Part shown: positions 9,001 to 18,243 of the stretch, piece by piece
Position numbering within the stretch: the stretch's first letter is position 1
How the letters are laid out: each line of letters begins with the position of its first letter
Source of the DNA: a phage
Strand: one strand, 5' to 3'
Length of the DNA: 40,865 nt
Sequence record: PQ785851.1
The notes under the pieces: model-generated
Seen by the model: only the letters and a program-made list of their open reading frames with translations
What the model was told of the DNA's origin: nothing
The model's database searches: none
Position numbers and translations under genes: made by a program

Positions 9001-9462
9001 TGTTCCGTTCAGGTCTCCATTACTTTCTTGCTTAACCAGCCTAGGCCAATATAGCTTTACACGAATCGCTGATAGCTTAGTATTGTTAACCGCAATGATG
9101 TACGGGGTATCGTTCGTGATTTCTCTGGAGGCCTGAATCTCTGAGTTAGCACCATCAAGACCGGCGATATAGTCCTGATACTGCGTACCAGCACGGAACT
9201 CAGCGCGAACACCTTCATAGTTGTAGCTACCATCCTGATTTTGCACCGGAACGTCAGCAAGGTATAAATCCTTCAATGAGAAGTTAGGGTCCACCTCTCC
9301 GTCAGCAACCGCAAGTAATACCTTAACCTTGTTAAGTGAAATTAGGTTATCTTCCTGCTCCACTGGTTGATGCTGCTTCTGGCTACCGCCTTTGGCACCA
9401 TAAATCTTAATTTCTTCAGCCATATCACAAAGCCTCATGTTTGTTTTGATCATTTGTGCCAT
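6067..9462 (-). CDS. central tail fibre / host specificity protein (lambda J-like)
   Basis: 1131 aa; position after K-I-like genes; ...EATRRFGFNPVDLTAIGCTRRSEANRRGRWLL... resembles the J family. Confidence 0.8.
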   Translation of the reverse strand: MAQMIKTNMRLCDMAEEIKIYGAKGGSQKQHQPVEQEDNLISLNKVKVLLAVADGEVDPNFSLKDLYLADVPVQNQDGSYNYEGVRAEFRAGTQYQDYIAGLDGANSEIQASREITNDTPYIIAVNNTKLSAIRVKLYWPRLVKQESNGDLNGTTCEYAIDLSVNGGAYQEYTRGVANGKTTTGYDRSIRVNLPAEFDSALVRIRKITPDSTSSTLVNGMQITTYQEVIDAKFRYPLTALVYVEFGSDLFPNGIPTISIKKRWKLIQVPTNYDPETRTYNGTWNGLFKMAWSNNPAWVLYDLVTNRRYGLDQRELGVEIDKWGLYEAAQFCDQMVPDGKGGMEPRYLCDMVVQNKVEAYTLIRDICSIFRGLTFYDGEKIGIVVDKPRNPSYIFTNDNVVNGLFSRTFASEKSLYTTANVQFDDVENNYQQDVEPVFELEATRRFGFNPVDLTAIGCTRRSEANRRGRWLLKTNLRSETISFTTGLEGMIPMIGEVIAVNDAAWSSNYQLNLSGRIESVQGLQVFTPFKVDAAPGDRILLNKPDGSPEARTIASVSEDGRTINLNTAFSFVAQPDTVFAIDKDNLALQQYVVTGIQKADTDGQDSFQYTITAVEYDPNKYDEIDYGVNIIDRPTSIVEPDRLSPPENLTVSSYSKVVQGLSVETMVIGWDKAPYAKTYNVQWRKENGNWINVPRTASTEVDIEGIYAGIYQVRVRAVSDTENVSSWSDIVSASLTGKIGTPSAPTVITASDDEVFGIRVKWGFPENSADTSYTELQQVADNGDGTYTPENASLLTLVPYPSYEYWHTTLPAGKVIWYRARLIDKIGNVSPWTDFVRGMASDDVESIIGEIKVDIENSEGFKYLQQNAIEKNSAIQAQAESIIENALANDSDVRRMTKENGKRKAEFVQAVNLIADEEKARVEALTQLKAQIDDEIVASLTRIDTALAEEAQARTTADTALSARLGENEAALNQKLDAFVNAEQTGVQYSVSLGLKYEGRTYGAGMSLELVGSGGNVRSQFIFDANRFAISNGISSGSGQWSLPFVVENNQVFIQSAVIQDGSITNAKIGNSIQSNNYVANSQGWSLNKAGTFENNGFTPGEGKMKQTNQTISVADANGRLRVQIGRLTGTY

Positions 9463-9471
9463 TCTACAGTA

Positions 9472-9498
9472 AATAAAAAACCCGCGCCAGGCGGGTTC
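9472..9498 (-). terminator. rho-independent terminator after the HNH gene
   Basis: Minus strand reads AACCCGCCTGGCGCGGGTT followed by a T-run. Confidence 0.6.
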
Positions 9499-9503
9499 TG
9501 ATT

Positions 9504-9992
9504 TTACTTACCATGTCTATAGGTGTACTCACCATTTAAGTTCTCAGCGCTCTTTCTGGCGCACACTGCTTCAAACCAATCAACGAATAGCCCCAAGTGC
9601 TTTCTCTTTTTGTTTATTGATATCGTAGCCCACCACGTTCCAGTTAACTTATGAAATCCAACTCCCGCAACGCCGCTTGAGTTATCTGACCTTTTTGACC
9701 TGTTTTTTGAGTTTACCGATGAAGATACAATCCGTAAGTTACTAGCTGAGTTGTCAAGCCTGTTTCCATTTATATGGTCAATCTCCATGCCTTTAGGTGG
9801 CATCTTGAATCCATTTCTTAAGTACCAAAGAATCCTGTGAGATGAAGTCTGTTTGTCATTCAATTTAACATACCTATAGCCAGAATGATGAATAAATCCA
9901 GCCTCTGACTCTATTTTGGCCGAGTTGTTTCTCGCCTCCTTCCAGTATAGCTTTCCATCAATCTCGTAAAGGTAATTCTCGAATTTTTGCAT
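9504..9992 (-). CDS. HNH homing endonuclease with AP2-like DNA-binding domain
   Basis: 162 aa; HNH motif ...EIDHINGNRLDNSASNLRIV...; C-terminal ...SGVAGVGFHKLTGTWWATISINKKRKHLGLF... is AP2-like. Confidence 0.85.
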   Translation of the reverse strand: MQKFENYLYEIDGKLYWKEARNNSAKIESEAGFIHHSGYRYVKLNDKQTSSHRILWYLRNGFKMPPKGMEIDHINGNRLDNSASNLRIVSSSVNSKNRSKRSDNSSGVAGVGFHKLTGTWWATISINKKRKHLGLFVDWFEAVCARKSAENLNGEYTYRHGK

Positions 9993-10049
9993 TTTAAGTC
10001 ACCAAAAGAGTAAATCTTAAGGTGACTGTAATGCAGAATAATTTAATTA

Positions 10050-10622
10050 TCAAGAAATATCTTCACTATAACTGCCTGCACTAAATACAGACCCGCCAAC
10101 CGTCCGATAGCCGTAAGGAAGGCAAACTGGATAACCAGCCGCTACCGTGTTTACAGCAGAGCCGAATGCGTAAGAAGCTCTATTGCTTGTCTGGTTACTT
10201 TGGTCTTTTAATCCGGTAGCTTGAGGTGAAAGAAGCTGGGCAATGCCGCCAGCAGCCAGAGAAACACCAGCGCCAATCAAGTAAACCTGCCCAGTGAAGA
10301 TGCCAACTGTAATAAGCGCGGCACCTAGTATTGTCTGAAATAACCCACCAGACTTACGACCCTGCGGAACTGGAAGAATGCGTATCTCCTGAACGGCGCT
10401 AAAATCAGCAACTCTATGCTCATTAACATTTCTACCATCCACAAAAATTGCATACCTGGTGTTTTGCCCCACATGGCTATTCATGAACTCCTTGAAGGCT
10501 GGAATCTGATAACAAAGCGCCCTCATTGCCTCAGGCACACTGTTTACTGCCATTTGGTGAACCTTGCCAAACTTGCGACCTAGAGATAGGCCTAACTTAA
10601 TATCAATCAGTTTCTGGGTCAT
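10050..10622 (-). CDS. tail assembly protein (lambda I-like)
   Basis: 190 aa; position between K-like and J-like genes; hydrophobic Gly/Ala-rich C-terminal half. Confidence 0.6.
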   Translation of the reverse strand: MTQKLIDIKLGLSLGRKFGKVHQMAVNSVPEAMRALCYQIPAFKEFMNSHVGQNTRYAIFVDGRNVNEHRVADFSAVQEIRILPVPQGRKSGGLFQTILGAALITVGIFTGQVYLIGAGVSLAAGGIAQLLSPQATGLKDQSNQTSNRASYAFGSAVNTVAAGYPVCLPYGYRTVGGSVFSAGSYSEDIS

Positions 10623-11361
10623 AAATTACATCCTCTGGTAAATCCTTATGGCGAACAATGCGAACAGTTCGCTCGCGCCAGTAATCTGAATAAATATCTA
10701 CAGAACTCATTTTGCCATAAAGGTGATGTATGAATCTGTTGTTGCCAATGTAGATTCCTGCGTGGTTAGTAACCTCGCTTTGTACTTGCATCATGATCAT
10801 TGAGCCAATTGGAATATCTGAAGTTTTTACTAGCTCAAAACCTTCCTTAACCCAGTTGTCGTCATAGATATTTTCCCCGTACCTCTTCTCCCACCACGGG
10901 TAATTAACTCGGTAGTCGTTTAGTTTGACGCTGTATTTTTTGTGAAATCCCATGACTAACTCCCAGCAATCAAAGCTACCCAAACCCCACGGTCGACCAA
11001 TCAGTGGCATTGTTGATGGTTCAAGTATCCTCATGTCTCCTTCTGGAATACTGACGATAACATAAGGGATCTCGCACTCGTTGCAGCTACAGATATCCGC
11101 TGGGCTAGGTCTTGTTGTCGCACCATCACCAGTGTGGGAGTGAACTACGTAAACAATTGACTCGTTATCAACCAGATTAAATGCAATGTCGGCATACTCA
11201 TTTGAATCAAGTACAAACTCATTTTCAGGGTCTTTGCTGACATTGGTTATTCTATGATACTTCTGCGCACGACCCTTCTGCGTAACAACTCCACAGCACT
11301 CATGCGGGTAAACTTCCTTTGCGTGCTGGAAAATTTCCAGTTTAACCTTTGAACTTAACAT
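10603..11361 (-). CDS. tail assembly protein (lambda K-like, JAB/MPN plus NlpC/P60)
   Basis: Likely start is the internal ATG at 11361 preceded by AAGAGG; motifs HECCGVV, VHSHTGDG and GSFDCWELV. Confidence 0.7.
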   Translation of the reverse strand: MLSSKVKLEIFQHAKEVYPHECCGVVTQKGRAQKYHRITNVSKDPENEFVLDSNEYADIAFNLVDNESIVYVVHSHTGDGATTRPSPADICSCNECEIPYVIVSIPEGDMRILEPSTMPLIGRPWGLGSFDCWELVMGFHKKYSVKLNDYRVNYPWWEKRYGENIYDDNWVKEGFELVKTSDIPIGSMIMMQVQSEVTNHAGIYIGNNRFIHHLYGKMSSVDIYSDYWRERTVRIVRHKDLPEDVIYDPETD

Positions 11362-11374
11362 TAATAAATACCTC

Positions 11375-12142
11375 TTAGTTCTGATTGGCCTTTGCCTGAA
11401 GGCTTGCTGCCGCACAACCGCCGAAATCCAATTGATTGTTAGCGCCAAATCTAATTTTGCAACTGTTTACCGTTCCGGAGCAGAAGTCTAATGAGGGATC
11501 ACTAACTGGGTTATCATCTTTATCAAAGTATCGGTTTCCAGCATAGGCGCAACCATTGCCGCTACGATACCAGCCACGAGAAGCCCAATAGCAAACTGAC
11601 TGAACAAGTCGCGCTGGAATGTAAATTCCATCCATATCCATTGGGCTACTTAGCTCAAACGAGGCAGTCTTGTAGTCAACCTGCTTTGGTCGCTCAATGA
11701 AGTAAACGAATCGTCGATAGTCCCCATCAGCGATGCTTCCGTCTTCATTGATGTTATCGCGCGTAGTAATCCAGATAGTAACCTTAGCCTTAACTAGACC
11801 ATTGTATTCACGAATCAATGCGCTAATGCGCTGGTCTACGTTTGATACTGTCAGAGTAACCTTGTTTGCCTTGCCGTCAGAAGTCATATTGATACCCGAG
11901 ATACCAAATGGTCGGGGCCCATACTCTTCACCGCGGAAGGTAATTGTCTTCTCTGGCAGTGGCTCTCCGTTCATTTGGGCCAGCATGATTTCCTCTGGCG
12001 TGTATGAGATGTTTTCATTGTGGAAATTATAAACGAGACTACCAAATGCCGTCCCATCAACCTGGATTAGTGTCACAATCTCGCCAGGGAAAAGGCTTTG
12101 CAACTGATTTTCAAACTTTGGACTTAACATGATTTTCTCCAA
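11375..12142 (-). CDS. minor tail protein (lambda L-like)
   Basis: 255 aa; Cys-rich C-terminus (CYW..C..C, C..C); position between M-like and K-like genes. Confidence 0.7.
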   Translation of the reverse strand: MEKIMLSPKFENQLQSLFPGEIVTLIQVDGTAFGSLVYNFHNENISYTPEEIMLAQMNGEPLPEKTITFRGEEYGPRPFGISGINMTSDGKANKVTLTVSNVDQRISALIREYNGLVKAKVTIWITTRDNINEDGSIADGDYRRFVYFIERPKQVDYKTASFELSSPMDMDGIYIPARLVQSVCYWASRGWYRSGNGCAYAGNRYFDKDDNPVSDPSLDFCSGTVNSCKIRFGANNQLDFGGCAAASLQAKANQN

Positions 12143-12166
12143 TAAAAAAAGCCCCTAATGGGGCTT
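12143..12166 (-). terminator. intrinsic terminator / attenuator between M-like and L-like genes
   Basis: Hairpin AGCCCC-taat-GGGGCT followed by TTTTTTT on the minus strand, then RBS GGAG. Confidence 0.45.
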
Positions 12167-12169
12167 AGT

Positions 12170-12520
12170 TTAACGCATTGAGCTAAAGACTTCCACGAAT
12201 TGCATGCTTACAGTCTGAACTTCGCTACTTAATGGCGTTACACTGATGCTATCTTGCTGAATAACAAACAGCTTTAGTTCACCCTGCGGCGTAGTCCACG
12301 CGAAAGGTTTTACGATGTGATCAAAGCAGAAGCTCATTACTGCCTCCCACTCACGACCAACGTAGCTAACCGTGTATGTCCTCTTGTTCGTCCTGTAACC
12401 ACCAGTGCCACGCTGTTGGAAGCCGTTTCCAAATGAAACAATCATAACGTTATTGGAGTTGGTAAACGAAGAGCCACCATTAAGAACATTTAAGCACCAA
12501 TTAAAAGTTTGCAATGCCAT
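12170..12520 (-). CDS. minor tail protein (lambda M-like)
   Basis: 116 aa; immediately distal to the tape measure gene. Confidence 0.6.
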   Translation of the reverse strand: MALQTFNWCLNVLNGGSSFTNSNNVMIVSFGNGFQQRGTGGYRTNKRTYTVSYVGREWEAVMSFCFDHIVKPFAWTTPQGELKLFVIQQDSISVTPLSSEVQTVSMQFVEVFSSMR

Positions 12521-12551
12521 TTAAAATCCTTAGGGGCCGAAGCCCCACTAA

Positions 12552-15524
12552 TTAGTTGTAACCGCGCAAGAATGCATACGCCCTGCCGCCCTGCTGGAAT
12601 GACTTGCTGATTTCCTCAGCCACGATGACCTTGACTCCAGATTCTATCGCCTTAGCATCATTACTGCTACTAACTCCAGAGTTTACGTTAACCGTCACTC
12701 CACCAACACTGACATTCGTACCGCCGACAACTCCACCATTAGCATATCCAGATGGCCCACCAACAGCGCCGCCATTAGCATATCCGCGCATCAGCTTGTA
12801 CAGATTTTTAACACCAATCCTGTTGGTTGCTTCTTTGGTGAATACAAACTCACCTTTGTGAACAGTACCGGCAGGTTGATACTTCCCGCCATCACCAGTA
12901 TAGCCGCCGCCAGCAAAACCAAGCGCACTACCAATTGAGCCAATCGCGCCACCAGTGCCGCCGAAGCTACTTAAACTTGACTCAATCGCCTTAACAATAA
13001 GAAGCTGAGTTGCAATTCTTGCAATCTGCTTGAGTATGTTTACAGTAAACTCCCTGAAGTTTGTTTCTCCAGTGGTTACAAGGTCAGTAATCTGGTCAGT
13101 AATGCCTTCAAATACCTTAGTGGTTAAACTTCCGGCAATTGAGAAAGCATCTGTCGCGCTCTCTGCCCAATTTGCGAAGGATGACTGCACACCAGCAAGC
13201 CAGTTTTCACGTAGCGCATCCTCTTGAGCGTAGAAGTTACGCCTTGCTTCGAGTAAAGCCTGAAAATCAGTATCATCAACAGACCCACCTTTGTTTATCT
13301 GATTGGATTGAAGTGCCTGAAGCTCTTTTGCTCTTTGCTTCTCCCTGTCAGATAAATTAGCAGCAAGTGAAACATTACTTGCTTCATTCTTAATCTGCAC
13401 AGTCTTCTTGAGGTTGTCATCAAGTAACTTGTTTGACCTCTCCTGAAGCACAATCTGGTCACCAAGCTCAGCATTCTGTTTAGCTTGTTCAAGAATGATA
13501 TTCTTCTGCGCAAGTAGCTTGGACTGTGATTTTGTAAGCGTACCATCCGCTTTCCTTTGCTCAAGTATTGCAAACTTAGCTTCTTCCTGGAATAGCTGCT
13601 TGCGTTCGTTGCTTATTACATCATTTATCGTCCTGTGCTCTTGTAAAACCTTCAGCTGAGCCTGAAGAGCAAGAACGCCAGATTCATAAGATAAGGTTAA
13701 ATCCATTTCTTCTTTTACTGCCTTGTTCCTCTCACTCCTCGCTTTCTTTATCCCATCAAGCTCATCAGCTAGCGCCTTTCTTCTTGCTGCAAATTCCTTA
13801 TCTGTTGATGGTTTGTTGCCAGTTAGGTTGATATCGCTGTTTTCCTTAACATATCCCATCTCTCCCTTTCTGATCCTAGCATCTCGCTCAGCGATGCTTT
13901 TTGCTAACTCCTCGTTTTGCTTCTTGGATGCATCGACAACCTTTTGCTGCTCAGCAATTATGCCGTTACCTACATCACCAAGCCCCGGGATTGACTGAAG
14001 CGTCTTGGTTGCAGAGATAGCAAATTCACCAAGAAGAATGTCGCCTGAGTTTATAAACGACCTTATCTGCTCAATCGTACCAGCAACAACGTCAGTTATT
14101 AAGTTAAGAGCACCAAGTGTGCGCTTGCCGATGCTATCCCAAATTTCGATTACAAACTTCCTGAAGCTATTCCATGCACTTTCAAGGGGGTTAAGGCTTA
14201 GCGCAACATCTTCCAGCCTGTTCTCCATAACGTTAGCGAATAGCTCAGTAGCTGCCGTTACAGCCTCTGTCTCTCCTGCTGTCTTCCTCAAGTTCTCTAT
14301 GTGTTTTAACTGTCCGGACTGAAGGAAGTTAAACTGCTTATCGAGTGCAATCAGACCTTGAATGGGGTCCTTTGTAATCTGATCAAAGTACCCAAGAATA
14401 GTTTTCGAGTCAGTTGATGTTACAGCTGCCCATTGCGCGGTTGCCTTAGTTATCTTGTCTATCTGTGTAAGAGTTAGATTTCCGTTTGCTACAAGGCTAT
14501 TTGCTATCTCCTGAATAAGTCCGCGCGTGGCTAGTGTTGATCTCTCAATTACATCAACAACCTGATTTATCTGCGCTGTAGACGTGATAGTTGAGTTTCC
14601 AACCAGCGTTATCGTTGATGCCAGTCCGCGAGTGTTCTTGTCAGCCTGATAAGCCGCAACACCGAGAGCGCCAAGAGCCAAGCCCAAAGTCCCAACAACT
14701 GCTGTTAATGGGTTGATAGCTGCTAATGCAAACCTTGCCGTGTTAGCAATACCACCAAAGCTATCCTTAATCTGCCCACCCTGCTGAATTGCAATGAGCC
14801 AGATGGGGATGCCACCAGCAAGAGAGGTTCCGATATCTGTAATCTGAGCTGGTAGCTGTCGGATTGCTTGCTTGTACTGCCCGGCGCTTAAACCTGACTT
14901 AACAAAAGCGGAGCTTTGCTTCTGCAATTGAACAGCAGATGCCTCAGCGGACTTACTGATCCTGTCTATAATCGGCGCTGCCTGGTCACTAACGCCTAGC
15001 TGAGCAGCCTTAAGTTGAAGAAGTTCAGTCCTTGTTAAACTTGCAGCGTTAGCCTCGTTCTCAAGATATTGAATGAACTTCTGCGCCGATGCTGCTGCCT
15101 TTTCTTTATCTATTGATGCCTGGAGCGCGGCCCTTCCTTCTTCGCTAAGAGCAGCCTTAGACCTGTTGAGCTTATTGATTTGAGTTTCAATAACAGATCC
15201 AAGCCTAAAGAATTCTTCGTCAGGAACGATTCCTGCTGCAAATGCCTTATCTAATTCAGTTGCCGCTTTCTGCAAATTCTGGAATTTAGCGGCGGTTGGG
15301 TCTATGGCTTGCTGAAGTGATGCGAAAGATTTGCGTTGCTCCTCAAGCTGCCTTGCGGTATCTCTAGCTTGAGTTTTGGCGACAAGCTCAGCATTAACGA
15401 ACTCACTAATCCCAGAGGCTGCTTGTTGGTTTGCCTGCCTGAACTTTTGTAGGGATTGTGTACCCCTGTCTACTTGCGAGACGTCGACCGCTAGCGTGAT
15501 GCCAGCAATTTCATTAGTTGCCAT
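12552..15524 (-). CDS. tail tape measure protein
   Basis: About 990 aa; long coiled-coil region, Gly-rich hydrophobic segments; likely start ATG at 15524 with RBS GGAGACAAT (track ORF is open to 15575). Confidence 0.85.
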   Translation of the reverse strand: MATNEIAGITLAVDVSQVDRGTQSLQKFRQANQQAASGISEFVNAELVAKTQARDTARQLEEQRKSFASLQQAIDPTAAKFQNLQKAATELDKAFAAGIVPDEEFFRLGSVIETQINKLNRSKAALSEEGRAALQASIDKEKAAASAQKFIQYLENEANAASLTRTELLQLKAAQLGVSDQAAPIIDRISKSAEASAVQLQKQSSAFVKSGLSAGQYKQAIRQLPAQITDIGTSLAGGIPIWLIAIQQGGQIKDSFGGIANTARFALAAINPLTAVVGTLGLALGALGVAAYQADKNTRGLASTITLVGNSTITSTAQINQVVDVIERSTLATRGLIQEIANSLVANGNLTLTQIDKITKATAQWAAVTSTDSKTILGYFDQITKDPIQGLIALDKQFNFLQSGQLKHIENLRKTAGETEAVTAATELFANVMENRLEDVALSLNPLESAWNSFRKFVIEIWDSIGKRTLGALNLITDVVAGTIEQIRSFINSGDILLGEFAISATKTLQSIPGLGDVGNGIIAEQQKVVDASKKQNEELAKSIAERDARIRKGEMGYVKENSDINLTGNKPSTDKEFAARRKALADELDGIKKARSERNKAVKEEMDLTLSYESGVLALQAQLKVLQEHRTINDVISNERKQLFQEEAKFAILEQRKADGTLTKSQSKLLAQKNIILEQAKQNAELGDQIVLQERSNKLLDDNLKKTVQIKNEASNVSLAANLSDREKQRAKELQALQSNQINKGGSVDDTDFQALLEARRNFYAQEDALRENWLAGVQSSFANWAESATDAFSIAGSLTTKVFEGITDQITDLVTTGETNFREFTVNILKQIARIATQLLIVKAIESSLSSFGGTGGAIGSIGSALGFAGGGYTGDGGKYQPAGTVHKGEFVFTKEATNRIGVKNLYKLMRGYANGGAVGGPSGYANGGVVGGTNVSVGGVTVNVNSGVSSSNDAKAIESGVKVIVAEEISKSFQQGGRAYAFLRGYN

Positions 15525-15561
15525 ATTGTCTCCATAATAAAAAAGCCACCCCGAAGGATGG

Positions 15562-15813
15562 CTATCGCTTAGCATTCATCATATCTAAAGCTTTCGCTTC
15601 AAGTATTCTGATATCGTTAAGTACCATTTCGTCATCATCTATTTTATAGACTTTGAACAAGAATGGAAGGCAATTATAGTCAAGGCCAGTAGCGCCTGAT
15701 GCGCCAACTCTCCATTGTGTGGACATTGCACAGTATACGTCCCAGCTTTGCATCATTGTTTCATCAAAGTGCAACTCTTCAGGCTCCTCACCTTCATAGT
15801 CGGAACGTTTCAT
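15562..15813 (-). CDS. tail assembly chaperone, frameshift-extension (T-like) portion
   Basis: ORF is in the -1 frame relative to 15876..16190; the frame is open from the slippery site A_AAA_AAC (15877-15883) to this ORF. Confidence 0.5.
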   Translation of the reverse strand: MKRSDYEGEEPEELHFDETMMQSWDVYCAMSTQWRVGASGATGLDYNCLPFLFKVYKIDDDEMVLNDIRILEAKALDMMNAKR

Positions 15814-15875
15814 TCCGATAGCTTCGAGTTCGGCGTCAGTTGGTGGTGACTGGTATTGTAAGTATACTGCGCGTT

Positions 15876-16190
15876 TTAGTTTTTTACTCGCTGACCTGCA
15901 AGTGCTTTCATGTAGCTATCCATCAGTGATGGCACGGCGCCTGGGAAAAGGTTTGCAAACTCATCAACGTTCTCATCGTTAAATGGCTCTTCTAAGTCCC
16001 AGTCAGAGCAGATTTCATTAATCAGTTCCTTAGTACTGAAGTTTTCACGATTAAGAATCTCCTGCAACTCGGATGATTTCTTGTGCTTAACTGTCAATAC
16101 AACTTCAGCATCTTCACCATTCGCCAGTTGAAACTTAACTGGGAGTTTAAAGTCAGGCAGCGCCTTGAGTGAAAGTTTAAATTTGGCCAT
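15876..16190 (-). CDS. tail assembly chaperone (lambda G-like)
   Basis: 104 aa, acidic, immediately upstream of the tape measure gene; ends in heptamer A AAA AAC. Confidence 0.55.
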   Translation of the reverse strand: MAKFKLSLKALPDFKLPVKFQLANGEDAEVVLTVKHKKSSELQEILNRENFSTKELINEICSDWDLEEPFNDENVDEFANLFPGAVPSLMDSYMKALAGQRVKN

Positions 16191-16235
16191 CTCGTTATCT
16201 CCTTTGTTTATGATTTGGTGATTGTATCACATAAA

Positions 16236-16616
16236 TTATTTGGTGTGGAAGTGCGCTGCTTTATTTGCAAACTCATCAGTTGCTGAGCCGATTGACCAAG
16301 GTTTAGTCATTACTTCATTAATTTCTTTTTGGCTAACATCAGCCTCGCGATTGAATTCTTTGTTAACAACCTTAACAATCAGAGTGTAAATTATAACATT
16401 ACGTTCGCATTCAATTTCTGAAGTTTTCATGATTGCATCTCTCATCTCATGAGCATCAATTGCACTAACTTTTGATAACTCACCATGAACGAGACTGAAG
16501 CTCATGTTCTTACACATGTTTACAGCTTTTGCCATGTCCATTTCTTTCTGTTTAGTTTCACCAATGTTACAACCAGTTAAAGCAAGTGCGATTACTGCGG
16601 CGATGATAGCTTTCAT
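16236..16616 (-). CDS. lipoprotein moron inside the tail gene cluster
   Basis: 126 aa; signal peptide MKAIIAAVIALALTGC with lipobox LTGC; has its own promoter-like module upstream, which follows a terminator. Confidence 0.6.
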   Translation of the reverse strand: MKAIIAAVIALALTGCNIGETKQKEMDMAKAVNMCKNMSFSLVHGELSKVSAIDAHEMRDAIMKTSEIECERNVIIYTLIVKVVNKEFNREADVSQKEINEVMTKPWSIGSATDEFANKAAHFHTK

Positions 16617-16645
16617 TTTGATTTCCTTCGTTCATTTCGTTTCGA

Positions 16646-16697
16646 TGAATGAACTATACAGCAACCCACGGCTTAGTCTTTAACAAAAAGTGCTATT
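16646..16697 (-). promoter_or_regulatory. promoter-like module, conserved 22-bp element family (copy k), drives the lipoprotein moron
   Basis: Minus strand reads AATAGCAC-TTTT-TGTTAAAGAC, 17 bp, TATAGT, 6 nt (tcattc), ATCGAAACGAAATG. Confidence 0.5.
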
Positions 16698-16699
16698 AA

Positions 16700-16727
16700 T
16701 AAAAAACCCTCCGAAGAGGGTTAATTT
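16700..16727 (-). terminator. rho-independent terminator after the major tail gene
   Basis: Hairpin AACCCTC-ttcg-GAGGGTT followed by a T-run on the minus strand. Confidence 0.6.
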
Positions 16728-17387
16728 TTATGCCAGTTCAGAAGCTACAGAACTCAGCCTTCCGCGGATGGACACCGCGATGGATACGGTTTCAATTTCG
16801 TTAACACCAATGCTTGGGGTGTCGTTGAAAGCGATAGTGCCGGACTGTAAACGCATCTCCTGTGCACGCGGCACGAACAGACGAATTGCAACAACCTGAC
16901 CTGACTCATCGTAGTTACGCAGAATCGGATATACCGGGTTGGTGTATTCGTGCGCGAACGTGTAGGTGTTAGTTACAGCAGACTTATAGGTTGGAATCTG
17001 CTGTTCACGGTCATCGGACAAACACTGGAAGTTAACGAACTGCTGTTCACCACCGTCAGTGGATACGTCCTGAACACAAGGAACCTCAAACCAGCTAAGA
17101 ATCTTAACCACTTCGCCAGTTAAACCGGCCGGGAACTTGGTGGTGTTGGAGGTATCAATACCTTCAACGGTTACAGTTGAACCAGATACTGCGGTAACGC
17201 GAACTTGCTTGTCAGCCAGCAGGGTTGAAGCTGAGCTGGTAAACAGAAGGTAATCACCGCGAGCAATATCTTCAACGCTGGATAAAGTTAAAACAGGAGT
17301 AGCGGCGTTGGAAATCGCGGTTACGTCGATAGTAGCTCCCCTGGTGCCTTCTACGAAGACCTGAGTGCCGTTACTAAGATGGGCCAT
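16728..17387 (-). CDS. major tail protein (by position)
   Basis: 219 aa; immediately upstream of the G/T chaperone pair; followed by its own terminator. Confidence 0.5.
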   Translation of the reverse strand: MAHLSNGTQVFVEGTRGATIDVTAISNAATPVLTLSSVEDIARGDYLLFTSSASTLLADKQVRVTAVSGSTVTVEGIDTSNTTKFPAGLTGEVVKILSWFEVPCVQDVSTDGGEQQFVNFQCLSDDREQQIPTYKSAVTNTYTFAHEYTNPVYPILRNYDESGQVVAIRLFVPRAQEMRLQSGTIAFNDTPSIGVNEIETVSIAVSIRGRLSSVASELA

Positions 17388-17398
17388 ATATTTTCCTT

Positions 17399-17797
17399 TT
17401 AGTCTAGACGAACATAGAAGCGAACTGGAATGAACCAGCCAGATTGTGACTTCACTACTGGGTGAACTACTCCACCATCATAAATGTAGCCTGTGTCAAG
17501 CATTGTACCATCAGTCATTGATTCTGCCAATTGATTAGCAATTCTCCTTGCGGTATCGATACCATCTCCAGGTGAGAAGAAGATTGATACTTGAACCATG
17601 CCCACATAATATTTACACTTTCTGCTTATCCCGTATGTTACAGTATCAGCTTCTGTGTAGTCATACTTGAACCACATTCCACCATTATTTGGTGGGGAGA
17701 AAGCTACATTTTCGTAAGCAATTGGATATCTGACTGGTAATGTTTTTACTAAATCAGTTACAAACCTTCTTGATGCTAAAGATAATTCATATTGCAT
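17399..17797 (-). CDS. tail terminator / tail completion protein (by position)
   Basis: 132 aa between head-tail joining genes and the major tail gene. Confidence 0.4.
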   Translation of the reverse strand: MQYELSLASRRFVTDLVKTLPVRYPIAYENVAFSPPNNGGMWFKYDYTEADTVTYGISRKCKYYVGMVQVSIFFSPGDGIDTARRIANQLAESMTDGTMLDTGYIYDGGVVHPVVKSQSGWFIPVRFYVRLD

Positions 17798-18243
17798 TAT
17801 CGCTTACTCCTAGCTTCAGCTACTGCCTCTTCAAAATACCTGCCAAGCCTGATATTAACAACGCCAAGAACACCCGCTGGCGCTTGCCTTGATGACCCGT
17901 ATTCAAGGCCAGACGCATAATCTAGCCTGTTGGTTATGTAGATAACCTTTGTTGCTGGTGAGTTAGCTACTGCTCTGGCTTGTCTTGCAAGGTACCTTTT
18001 TGTATCACCGCCAGTCTTGTCGTAATCATTTAACGACTGTACTGCTGGTGAGTTTGCTGTAATCTGCCAGTTAGCCTTAAACCTACCAGTATCAACAGGA
18101 GATAAATCAACAATGGCGTTAGCTGCTTTAATTACAGTGCCTGAAACAATTTCAGAAAAACCATCATCAGCTCTTGAAATCCAGTCATTGATAGAGTTCG
18201 TGAATGTAGCTAAGCCACCAACATTATTAGCCATAAGCAGCAA
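17797..18243 (-). CDS. head-tail joining protein (HK97 gp10-like)
   Basis: 148 aa; ...DTGRFKANWQI... resembles the gp10 family as I recall it; gene order. Confidence 0.45.
   Translation of the reverse strand: MLLMANNVGGLATFTNSINDWISRADDGFSEIVSGTVIKAANAIVDLSPVDTGRFKANWQITANSPAVQSLNDYDKTGGDTKRYLARQARAVANSPATKVIYITNRLDYASGLEYGSSRQAPAGVLGVVNIRLGRYFEEAVAEARSKR

Noticed and set aside
6761-9260. Several 67-104-aa ORFs on either strand inside the J-like gene (6761-7060, 7121-7333, 7675-7899, 7943-8176, 8289-8603, 9057-9260)
   Set aside because: Fully embedded in a long, well-supported coding region; no RBS; low-complexity translations; typical out-of-frame or antisense artefacts.
12604-14322. Plus-strand ORFs inside the tape measure gene (12604-12861, 13030-13227, 13139-13360, 13723-13998, 14005-14322) and minus-strand ORF 13295-13573
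   Set aside because: Antisense or out of frame within the tape measure ORF; Pro/Ser/Leu-rich low-complexity products; no independent signals.
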